Shown here piece by piece: positions 15,950-30,814 of a stretch of 64,000 nucleotides of DNA. The stretch lies in NCBI RefSeq assembly GCF_009914755.1, contig NC_060935.1, one strand, 5' to 3'. Made by a program: the position numbers and the translations under genes. The DNA comes from the human T2T-CHM13v2.0 reference genome, Homo sapiens. The notes under the pieces are model-generated. The model ran no database searches. It had not been told where the DNA came from and saw only the letters and a program-made list of their open reading frames with translations. The first letter of the stretch is position 1. The number at the start of each line of letters is the position of its first letter.

Positions 15950-16580
15950 AAATATATATTAACTGTGGTCACCATGTTATACAATAAATCTTTTGAACAT
16001 ATTCCTTATGTCTAACTAAAATTTTGTATCTTTTCACCAATATCTTCACAACACTCCACTCAACCCATAACCACCCCAGCCGCTGGTGACCACCATTCTA
16101 CTTTCTACTATAAGATCATATGCCACACATGGGTGAGATCATGTGGTATTTGTCTTCTTAAAAAATGCTAAGAGTGTGGATGGAAAGTGTTATCTCTACA
16201 AAAATGATAACCAGATGAAGTAATGTGTATGTGAACTGGCTATAGTCATTCCAATATAGCCAGTTCATATATGCATTACTTTAAAATATCATGTTATATA
16301 CACTCCTTCCCCACAGGGCACATAAACTGAGACCATTAACTTTCATTACCTCAAAGTTTGCTATTGTACTCCACACTTTTCTCTATACTTATTCCTCCAG
16401 TTCTGTTTTTGACTTGGGTGGATTCAATGGCTACATGGCTAGAAAATCTAAAACCACATCTTCTAACAGCTTTAATATTTATTACACTCCATTTCACACA
16501 CATATTTCTATTGGGAGATGCGGGGACCTGCATGTTATATACACTAAATATGTACAATTTTATCAGTTAATGTAAACAAT
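15950..16580 (+). mobile_element. L1MA-type 3' end with a 5' inversion, carrying a templated insertion
   Basis: 15950-16157 is antisense L1MA 3'UTR. From about 16158 it is sense (tgctaagagtgtggat...aaatatgtacaatttt), interrupted at 16305-16530. Confidence 0.75.
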
Positions 16581-17358
16581 AGAATACGATTCTTTTTTAA
16601 GAAAGAAAACACTCAAATAAGAACTTTTACTTAGAAGTCAAAAAAGAATGATTTTTACCTTTAAGAACATACATTATATTGTTTGGAATTATTAGACATC
16701 TTTAAAGAACAATTCCAAAATACATTTTTTCAATATATGTATATATTCTCCAAGCTTTATTATTATATAATATATAATACAAATATTTATTACATTATAT
16801 TATATATTATAAACTAAGATTTTAGTACTTTTCACAGGGTTAACTTCATACAGAGAATATTTTTTGATGATAAGTATGTTGACTAAGTAGCATTTATTCT
16901 TTGAGCTCCATAAAAATTCTACTTTTCTGAAACATTGTGCATCTGCACCCTCTCTCAGCCTAACATGCCTTTTTGTTTTCTTCATGGTATATCTTACGTT
17001 TTGTAATTATTTAATTGATTTTGCTATTTACAACAAGTGCCATGATGAGGATTCTCATGAGAAGCATTTCTTTCTAGACAGAGAGAAATATAAATGTCAT
17101 GTTTTTCAGGAGCAGCATCTCAGGTGATGACAGGTACCAGCATCTCCCAATTATGTGTGTGAAATGGAGTATAATAAATATTAAAGTTGTTAGAAATGTG
17201 GTTACAGATTTTCTAGCCATGTAGCCATTGACTCCAACCAAGTCAAAAGCAGAACAGGGGCAGGGGTTGGGTATAGAGAAAAGTGGCGAGTACAATAGCA
17301 AACTTTTAGGTAATGAACGTTAATGGTATCAGTTTATGTGCCCTGTGGAGAGGGATTG
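16305..17358. repeat. Inverted repeat pair, 16305-16530 and about 17131-17358
   Basis: ccacagggcacataaactga...ttgggagatgcggggacctg is the reverse complement of caggtaccagcatctcccaa...tttatgtgccctgtgg. Confidence 0.95.
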
Positions 17359-18915
17359 AAAACATGAGCGTCAGAGAAACATAGCATTTAGAAAAAAATG
17401 CCACGTGAATGTTTTAAAAATAATATTAGAAGGTGACAGAATTAGTACAAAAATGTGGGCTTTTTTAGCCAATAGGAAAACAGTGAGGGGCAATAGAATA
17501 TACTTCTGTAAATGAAGAAAGTTAGTCTTTGACTCTGCCTACCGACCTCCACCTGAATAACATGTCCTGTTCATTTTCCAGATAGGAAAAATCTTCATGT
17601 CTTTGTCATTAGTATTTTTTTTTTTGCAATTTGTCAGATTCTATAGAAAGAATTTTTTTTATTTCCAAATTCTAAGTGGTAGGGGATATGTAAATATCAT
17701 TAGAATAAAGAACAGTAGTTATTTTTTATATTCTGGCTTCCTTTTCATGGGTTACCCAAGCAAAAAGTGAAAATAGTATCTCACATAAAAATTATGTTTT
17801 TGTGAAAGTTATGAAAAGTATGAAAGATGTGCAATATGTGTCCTTAAAGTGTGATCTTAGAACTAAGTGCACTTGAATCATTTGATTTTTGATGAACAGT
17901 TTATATACACAAAATTATTATAACATTTTCATTAACTAAATGCCAGAAATATTCCTATTGATATTTTTCATGTTTAGCAACATAGCCTTTGATTATATCT
18001 TCAAAGTTAATACTTTTGTAATATTATTTCCACATTAGAATAAACAGGCAATCCATCCATTTTTCTAGAATGGTTTTAATACATTTTTTTCAGTTCACAA
18101 ATTTTTATTGGTATTATCCCAAATGTTTAGGATTTTTGTAAAATATGGAAGTATTTCTATCAAGTGCCTTCCATATACAAGCTATAACATTTTATAAAAT
18201 TTTTAAAATTTGTCTTCATACAATTTAAACCTTATTCTTTCTCCCCTGCTCACATATTTCTGGTCATCAAAGCTATAAGATAAATTGATTTCCTGAAAGA
18301 AACTCTAACTCTGAATGCATTATCATCCATGTGAGTCAACAGAATGAAAACTCTTCTTACATCAGTGTGGTGAGCAATATAACTTAGATACACACAGAGG
18401 TTCACGCAAATCACACACACAGACACACATAGGCACATACAGTAATGCGCCTATACTAAGAGTACATGGAAACCTAAACTCCACTAATCTTAAACTAAGT
18501 GTCCATAGGCATCTCAATTTCCCATGAAGCCACTTCAGCACCATTTAGCAGGAAGGGAATGTGATGAAGGACACATTGGAAGAGCAAAGCTGTCATACTG
18601 GATATTGCTTAGAATATTTTAGTTTTTTTAGTTTTATAACAATCTGTTTGCATGTGAAATAGTTGCTTGGGCATCTCTCAGGGCCCTAGAAGATGACAGA
18701 AGTGAGGAAATCTGAAACTTCACTTTCAACACCACTTACTGTATGGAAAATGCTGTGGTCAAATTAATCTTTAAAAACATTCTTTCAAAATGAACTTTTA
18801 CAAGACACAGATAAGGGTGAAAATGGGTGTTGTCAGAGGGGAAGCTCAAGTTCAGAAGGGGAAAGAAACCTCAAGTAAGTAAACCTTGAGCTGAAAATAA
18901 GGATGATACTAGACA

Positions 18916-21958
<3,043 letters not shown>

Positions 21959-24250
21959 TACAGAGTGCTTTGGACTCACAAAGGAGAAAAAAACTACTTC
22001 TAATACAGACAGATACAGTAAACTACAGTTAAATGATGGGTAATGGTGGAAATCTACTAAATTCCCATCAACATCAGCATCAAAAGGGGAAAACTGAGAT
22101 AATCATTCAGAAAAACACAGTATAACCCAAATTGGAGTTGGTCACGAAGAACAAAGTGATGGCATAAAATTGCATGTGGTTTGACAACTTCTCATGAGAT
22201 AAAAGTAAGCAGGTGAGATTTCTAATGCAGAGGGAGATGAATTTAGATCTTTTAAAATCCTGTAGGAGACAATGATATTTAATTTATCCTCTCAATTTTT
22301 CTTAGAGTGACCAGAAAATAAAAGGTATACTCTTATGCATAGTGCTGCATTCAATTCTGGGTAACAATTTAATAATTGACACATTCTGAGACATTGTGTA
22401 TAATTACATATTAATAATGGCTGCTAACATTTATAAATGCTTTCTCTAAGTTGGAAAATGTATTGGGATTTTTCATGTATTATTAGATTTAATTCTCCAA
22501 ATAATCCTATGTGGATGCTAATTACTGTTGAATTTTTAAATGATGGTGATACAAACAGGTTTGTATTTATAAATAATGAGTTTACAAATGATGATACAAA
22601 AATGTTATAATAATTTCCTTTGGAAATCAAAAAATACAAGAGCAAATATAAAAAATAATGAAGCACCATTTCAAATCTAGTTTACTTTCGTAAAGTTAGA
22701 GTTTCCATGTGCAGCTGATAGAATTAACTTATTTCTAGTCTTAACTAAGACTTTATTTTGGTAATCACATTTGCTCTTCTTTGCTGTAAGGTTTTCATAA
22801 AATCAGCTTGCTATCTTACATCTTTTTATGGTACAGGCTCTAGCTCTTATATTTCTTGGCCCAGTTTATAAAATAGAATCCCCGGGAAGCCTGAGTCTAC
22901 CTCCTTGGGGTCTGTCCAACATCATATGTCACCTGATCTTCCACTAGGATTTCAGTTTATTTTCTTCTGGACATAAAGTTCATCACAATAAGAGAGGAAT
23001 CATAGTAAAGCTATGAAAAATAAAGCCCTCAAATAATGTGGTTTTGTAGTATGGAGCTGAGAGTAGGAAGATCATTCTTGGAATATTGGCTCAAATGTCA
23101 CTTTGAATTGGGCTATCTCTGAACACGTGTTATCGGTTTCTGGATAGTCTGAAAATAAATTTTCTCTGTAACTACCTCACTAATCACTTTAACTAGTATA
23201 TACAATATCTGTTTTATGAATTTCAATTCTTTTTTTATGAATTTAAATTTATGCTTTATCTAGAAAGGCAGATTTGAAATGGTATGAAGTTTAAATCAGT
23301 TCTGAAAGAAAATCTTTTATCACATTTTTTAAATAAGAGCTAAAAGGTTAAAATTATATTTTCCTTTTATTTATAAAAACTGAAAAACTTCATAAAATAT
23401 GAATATATTAAAATCACAAATTCATAGCTTTGATATATTCAATATTCAAATCCTTATAAACATAATTTCAGGAAAGAAGTGTTTTTCTTTTAAAAAACAC
23501 ATGATAATGCAAAATAAAGCAGATATTTTTCAAGAAAGTGTTTGAGAAGGTATTAATTCATTTAAAGAGCAAGTATTAGGCACCTACTATCATGTCAGAT
23601 AGTATGTCAGCATACTTATTCAGGCTACTTAGTGCATATAGGATAATAATGTGTACAAAATTTCAATTGAAATTCTAATTTAGCTTTGCTTTTGACTTCG
23701 TATACACCTCAGACCTGTGTCCTCAACACTTCATGAATTTAAGAGAGGGAACCTCAAGCTAAACTTTATACTTGGCCACAAAATTCATTCAGAGAAACAA
23801 GTGGGTCACAAGGATGATCTCTATTTACAGAAGAGAGTATTAGTAGAGATTTCAGTGAATATTTGCTTCCTATTTTTCTTGATGTATCTCAAATTCCAAA
23901 CTTAATTCTCTTCTACCACATAATAAATAGTTGTAATGCTTGTATTTTGGGCAGACAATTTAATTAAAAATGTAACTTTCACTCCTACACCTTTAAAAAT
24001 TCAATTTCTCCCATCATGTTACTTGGCAACTAAGTCTAAGCACTTTTATGACTCAATACCCTTTATCTAGTAATTCCATATATACTTTGTTCTTTTTTCC
24101 AATGTGTAATAAACATACCCCCTTTCTCTCTACTTACATAAAGTTTAATTTGTGTTACTTTTTGCATCTCCACAAGTGTTGGTTTTCCCTCAAAGCATAT
24201 AGTTTTATTGAGATGCATTATTTAAGTAATATCTTCTGACAAATGAGGTC

Positions 24251-24315
24251 GTGTGTGCGTGTGCATGCATATGTGTGTGTGTGTGTGTGTACGTGCATGC
24301 ATGCACTCATGTACA
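24251..24315. repeat. (TG)n / alternating purine-pyrimidine repeat
   Basis: Direct inspection. Confidence 0.85.
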
Positions 24316-25494
24316 TACTCTTAGAAATGTCTGAAAATTGAGGAGTTGTTGAAAAAGAGCCTCAGTTAGTCCAAACTCAATGAACAATTGGTTTGGCCAA
24401 TAATTAGGGGATGAAATGTATTTTCTTGAGAATAAGTTGTTGTTTTTTTCCCCAATTGAGTAATTAATTGTTGCAAAACCTGAAAGCTCACAGAAAATGA
24501 TTAATCTATCTTCAGTTTGAACCAGGTGGATTTATGGTATAAAGCACTCTGCTAAGAGAAAATGGAAGATTATATTTTGTTCTTTGTTTCTCATTTAATA
24601 CTTTTTCTTAAACTTATTACATTTACTTGGTTATTTCTATTTTGTGACGAGCTATGGTATAAACACTGCATAAAACTACAAAGCTTAGTCTTTCAAATTC
24701 GCTTGTAATGTTAACTTTTTCTATGTGGGAATTATTTATTCTTATGAGTTGCATTGTAATTGTTAGTGTCAAACAGAAAGTAACATAAGAAGGAATATAA
24801 TAAATTATTTTTATATTATGACACAAAGATGATGAATAAACTCTATAAAAATACATATGCTGAAACTTTCTGATTAATATGTTCAATGGCAGCTCTCTCT
24901 CTCTCTCTGTCACACATAAACGTACACACACATCCACATACAAGCACAGACATTTATCTGTGTCAATCTTATAAGCATTACTCAACATCTTTGAGCTTCA
25001 ATTTTTCTCATTTATGAATGGAAAAACATATATAAGAAATTTATGAACACCATAAAATAAATCTAAAAAATTAGTAATTCTCTGAAAAAAGAACACCCAG
25101 GTAAAACAATACATTCTACAGATAATGACCATAGCAATTATCTCTATGACAGCTGATTGTTAAGTTGCTTTGTACATAGATAGCAACATTAATATTATGT
25201 ATATTGACTACTCAAGGCCATTCCTTTGCAAAATTATGTATGACAAATTCTCATACAATTGGAACAAGATCAATGAAATGAAAATAAAAATAGTTTATTT
25301 CCTTTTATTTAATAAATGGTAAAATAAATATTATATGTGCTAGAAATCCAAGCAGAAAATTATGATTCTAAGATACTGAGATTCTAGGATCCATAATATT
25401 GTTTCTTAGAACTGACATAATTAAGAATAGGTCTTAAATGATATCCAACCACACTTTAGATATATTTCTACAACAACAGCTACACTACTACAGT

Positions 25495-25680
25495 TATTAC
25501 TATTCCTAAATTTAATACTTGATATTTACATGACATTGTACTAGCTGCCTTACTTACATTGCTTAATTTTATCCCATAGTACTTTTTATAATTCCTTCTG
25601 TTACAAAGATGAAGAAATGGAAGCAAAGGACTTTGAAGCGAATTACCCCAAGTCACCAAGCAATAATACTGGAGTAATGA
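25495..25680 (-). mobile_element. MIR SINE
   Basis: ttacaaagatgaagaaatggaagc...aattaccccaagtcacc matches the antisense MIR core. Confidence 0.6.
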
Positions 25681-25709
25681 CATCCTGAGAGACGAAATTT
25701 TTTTGGGGC

Positions 25710-26013
25710 TTTTTTTTTTTTTTTTTTTTGAGATGGAGTTTCACTCTTGCTGCTCAAGCTAGAGTGCAATGGTGTAATCTCGGCTCACTGCAACCTCCAC
25801 CTCCTGGGTTAAAGTGATTCTCCTGCCTCAGCCTCCCGAGTAGCTGAGATTACAGGCATGCACCACCATGCCTGGCTAATTTTGTATTTTTTTAGTAGAG
25901 ATGGGGTTTCTCCGTGTTGGTCAGGCTGGTCTCAAACTCCCGAGCTCGGGTGATCTGCCCACCTTGGCCCTGCAAAGTGCTGGGATTACAGGTGTGAGCC
26001 ACTGTGCCCAGCC
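25710..26013 (-). mobile_element. AluSp/Sq-type SINE
   Basis: Antisense dimer containing ggggtttctccgtgttggtcaggctgg. Confidence 0.93.
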
Positions 26014-26250
26014 TACTAAATATTAATGAATATGGTCCAGTACCACATTTTGGTAGAAATGTGTGCCTTTAATAGCAACAATAACAACAATAGAAATAGA
26101 TATATGTATTTAAAAATTGTTTTTGTTTTCTATTCCTGAGATAACAAATGACCATGATAGACATACTTCATATGGAAAATTATAGGATTCATTGTGGTGA
26201 ATCCCATGTCAGTTATTTAAAGGTCTTCAGTATATAAAATCAATTCTTTT

Positions 26251-26567
26251 GGCTGGGTGTGGTGGTTCATGCCTGTCATCTCAGCACTTTGAAAGGCTAA
26301 GGCAGCAGGATTGTTTGAGGCAAGGAATTTGAGACTAGCCTGGGAAAAATAACAAGGCTATGTCTCTACAAAAAATAATAATATTAATATAAAAATTAGC
26401 AGGGCATTGTGGTGCATGCCCATAGTCCCAGGTACACTGAAGGCTGAGACGGAGGTTTGCTTGAGTCAGGAGGTCGAGGCTGCAATAAGTCATGATTTCA
26501 TGATTACATCACGGTACTCCAGCCTTGGTGACAGAGTGAGACCTTGTTTCAATAAAATAAAATAAAC
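26251..26567 (+). mobile_element. AluJ-type SINE
   Basis: Diverged dimer with an (AAAAT)n tail. Confidence 0.88.
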
Positions 26568-27256
26568 AATTTTTTAAGGCTTAAATTATTTTTTGAAAAA
26601 TCTTTCAATCTAATATTTAATGGTAGAATTTGGGTGATGCTGGCAACTTAGAATGGAAGTAAAGATAGCATTGCTATTCAAACCCCCTGTGTTTTGGAAA
26701 AACATGAGAAGCGGATTCTTTATTTACATAGATGTAATATGATAAATACACAGCCATTTTTTGAAAAACAGAAAACTCTAATGTCCTTGAATCTGAAAAT
26801 GGTCTTGGATATTATGTTTTCTTTAGTAGTAAAAACTGCAGCCAGTCTTTAGATAGACTTATCCTTGAGAAAGGAAGATAAATAATTTCATACAAAAGAG
26901 ATTGGTTTACTGGAATGCTGGTGACCACAAAGTGGGAGTGATTCAGATTAAATATCTAAAGCTTTGAGGAGCTTTCTGACCTTTACTGATTGCATTATAT
27001 AATTTGCCTTCAGCTGTTAGGGAGTTGAAAGTGACCTGGAGGAAGTTAGCTGTTTTGTGAATCTCTGAGTACAACCTGTGTCACGCACTTGAGCATGAAG
27101 TATGGCTGCAGAGACCAAGCTACAGCATAGGAGAATTCCAGGAGTGATCCAGACTTTCAGGCAATGGAATCAAGACTGATTCATTTCAACTAAGTGAGCA
27201 ACCTGAATGTCCTTGGTCATATCCAAAAAAAAAAAAAAAAGAAAAGGAATTCCTAG

Positions 27257-27580
<324 letters not shown>

Positions 27581-27859
27581 AGCAAAACTACTGAAGCAGG
27601 TCATACCAACTCCAGCCTTCAAAATTAAATGGATGGGCCTTCATCCATTGTCCTGTTTAAATTCTGATTATCAGAGACAGATAAACATTCTTCAGAATCA
27701 TTCTGAATTTTAGAAAAATGTATCATTGTTTAATGAAACACATTTAAAGAAAAACAGAAGGAGATAATATTATTGGCAAAATATTCTAGAGAGCAGAAAA
27801 TACCAGGCTAGTTTTTTTCAAACTACTCAGGCTGGGGACTTTCCATATTGCTTAATGTA

Positions 27860-28082
27860 TAAGAGGGTAAGCTCTGGAATCAGACTGCCTGGGATAGCAT
27901 TTTGAAACTTTTAATTGCCAAGTTACTTAGACAAGCCACTCACCCTCTCTTCCATTTAGTTTTATTTATCTGTAATTTTGAAGAATGTAATAGTAGCAAT
28001 CTTATAGGGTTATTGTCAGATTTAGTTTAATTAAGGCACATAAAGGGCTTAGTTCTGCACACAGTAGATGATCAATAATATT
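27860..28082 (+). mobile_element. MIR SINE
   Basis: gctctggaatcagactgcctggg...tcttatagggttattgt...cacagtag. Confidence 0.7.
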
Positions 28083-28461
28083 AGCAAGCATATGTTGACC
28101 CTCAATCAGTCATCTGTAGAGAAATGCTTATGTTCAACAAATCCTAAAACCCCTCATGCTTCAATCCCACTACTTTTAGTCTTTTTGTTATTGATAAAAT
28201 ACATGAATGGGGCAACTATGGTATGATATTATGTTTTTAATTATGGTCAAGGAAAAAAAAATGCCTGGTCTCATCTCTGGCCCTAAGGAAGAAAAGCATA
28301 ATTATACAACATCAGATAACAGATGTTATAAAGTCTGACCATCAACACACAGCCTTTGACTTTATCAGCTTTTCTCCAAAAATTCTGACATTGCTTTTAC
28401 AATATATCATACAAATTAAGCATCACATTAAACCCATATCAGAACATTCCATATTTATATC

Positions 28462-29120
28462 TTTTTTCTCTTTTACAAATTTACTGTAACTCTGATACCA
28501 AAATATGACAGCATACAGAAAATTATCAATAAAGAAGAAACAGCAAACATATTTTTCATAGCGTGACACCCTGCAGCTGATTGGTTGTAACTGCTTGGTT
28601 GTAACTGCTTAGACTGCTGTGTGGACAAAGATTCCAAGAATGTACTTTGGCTCCATGGGAAGGACTGATCCAATCTATTGGTGGTATCTGTAAATATAGG
28701 GAATAAACCTGAAATCTCGCTAGCCATAGGTGAAGCCACAAGCACCAAGGCTGGTGGCTCCACTGCCAAAGCCAGTACTGGTGCCCAGTTCACCACCAAA
28801 CCTAACACCAGTGCTCAGTCCACCACGGAAGCCTGGTGCTTGGTTCACTGCAGAAGCTAGGACCACTGCTTGGTCCACCACCAAGGCCAACAATAGAACA
28901 AGATCCACTATTGAAGCTATTGCTGGAGCTGGGTTTGCCAGTTGGGATGACTGCCACAACCAATGATGGTACTCAGTCCTCTGTCAAAGCTGACATTAGG
29001 CCCACTGCCAAAGCTGACATTAGGCCCACTGCCAAAGCTATCGCTGGTGCTGATGTCATCACTAAAGCCAGCATCAGTGCCAAATTTGCTGCCAAAATCA
29101 GCATTGGTGAATTTTGTAAA
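28462..29120 (-). pseudogene. TRO: 5'-truncated processed pseudogene of trophinin (MAGE-D3): C-terminal decapeptide repeats and 3'UTR
   Basis: Minus strand reads TNADFGSKFGTDAGFSDDISTSDSFGSGPNVSF...DRGLSTIIG, then after frameshifts GFRGGLSTGVRFGGELGTSTGFGSGATSLGACGFTYG* (stop 28720-28722). This matches the recalled TRO C-terminus GFGSGAASLGACGFSYG. It is followed by about 240 nt of UTR, AGTAAA (28480-28485) and a decayed A tail. Confidence 0.85.
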
Positions 29121-29234
29121 CAGGCAACCAGAATTCAGAATTATGAAAGAGGGCTCAAAAGCACTAAAAGAAGACTCAAAGAGTTAAAACTCAAAGAGCA
29201 AAACTGTACATGTGAAACTTTACTTCTGGGCACT

Positions 29235-30801
29235 TTTATTCTGACCGGTTGGTCTATGTGACTGTTTTTGTAACATTACCAGGCTGTTTTGGTTACTGTA
29301 GCCTTGTAGTATCGTTTGAAGTCTGTAGTGTGATGCCTCCGGCTTTGTTCTTTGTGCTTAGGATTGTTTAAGTGATTTGGGCTCTTTTTTGGTTCCATAG
29401 GATTTTTTTTTCTAATTCTGTGAAAAATGACATTGCTATTTCAGTAGAAATAGCATTGAATCTGTAAACTGCTTTGGGAAGTATAACCATTTAAGGACAT
29501 TAATTCTTTCAGTCCACAAGTATGAAATATTTTTCCACTTATTTGTGACATCTCTGATTTATCTCAGCAGTGTTTTGTAGTTCTCCTTGTGGAGCTCTTT
29601 CATCCCATTGGCTAGCTATATTTCTAGGTATTTCAGGGCTTTTGTGTGGTGATTACAAATCTAGTTTAAAAGTAAGATCTCAAACTGTAACAATCCTAGA
29701 AGAAAACCTAGGAAATACCTTTCTCAACATGACATCATAGTTGGCATAGAATTGTTGGCTAAGTTCCTAAAAGCAATGGCAACAAAAACAAAAATTTACA
29801 GGTGGGACCTAATTAAACTAAAGAGCTTCTGCACAGCAAAATAAACTATCAACAGAGCAAACAGACAAGCTCTGGAATGTGACAAAATATTTGGAAACTA
29901 TATATCTAACAAAGGTCTAATATCCAGAATCTATAAAAACAAACAAAATCAGTCAACAACAAAAAACCAAATAATCCCATTTAAAAAATGAGTGAATAAC
30001 ATGGACACTTCTCAAAAGAAGACATACCAGTGGTGAATAAATATATAAAAAAATGCTCATCATCACTAATCATGAGAGAGATGAAAATCAAAATCACAAT
30101 AAGATACCTTCTCACACCAGTCAGAATGGCCATTATTACTAACAGGTGTTGGCAAGGCTGTAGCGAAAAGGAAATGCATATACACTGTTGGTGAGAATGT
30201 AAATTAGTTCGGCCATTGTGGAAAGCAGTTTGGAGATTTCTTAAAGGAGTTAAAACAGAGCCACCATTTGACCCAGCAATCCCATTACCGGGTGTATAAC
30301 CAAAAGAAAATAAATTGTTCTACCAAGAAGACACATGCACACATATGTTCATCACAGTGCTATTCACAATAGCAAAGAAATGGAATCAACCTAGGCACCC
30401 ATCAGCAGTGGATTGCATTAAGAAAATGTGGCACATATATACCACGCAATAACATGCAACCTTAAAAAGAATGAAGTCATGTCTTTTTCAGCAACATAGA
30501 TGCAGCTGGAGGCCATGATCTTAAATGAATTAAGAGAAATAGAAAACAAACCACTGCATGTTCTCACTTATAAACGGGAGCAAAACATTGAGTACACATG
30601 GACATAAAGATGAGAACAACTGACACTGGGGACAACTGAAAGGAGCAGGGAAGGACAAGAGCATGGGTTGAGAAAGTACCTATTGGGTACCATGCTTACT
30701 ACCTGGGTGACAGGATTCATACTCCAAACCTCAGCGTCATGAAACAAACCTGCACATGTACTCCCTATCTCTAAAATAAAAGTTGGTTTAAAAAAAAAAA
30801 A
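29235..30801 (+). mobile_element. L1PA15/16-like LINE-1 with a 5' inversion
   Basis: 29235-29660 is antisense ORF2. 29661-30801 is the sense ORF2 end, 3'UTR (tacctattgggtaccatgcttactacctgggtgac) and poly-A. Confidence 0.88.
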
Positions 30802-30814
30802 ACTAACCTATAAA

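Noticed and set aside
28471-29130. Apparent short inverted termini (tttacaaa / tttgtaaa) around the TRO copy
   Set aside because: Short AT-rich match likely due to chance. The left copy is just the mRNA 3' end.
28678-29261. Plus-strand ORFs rich in T/K/P/A
   Set aside because: They are mostly antisense readings of the TRO repeat region.
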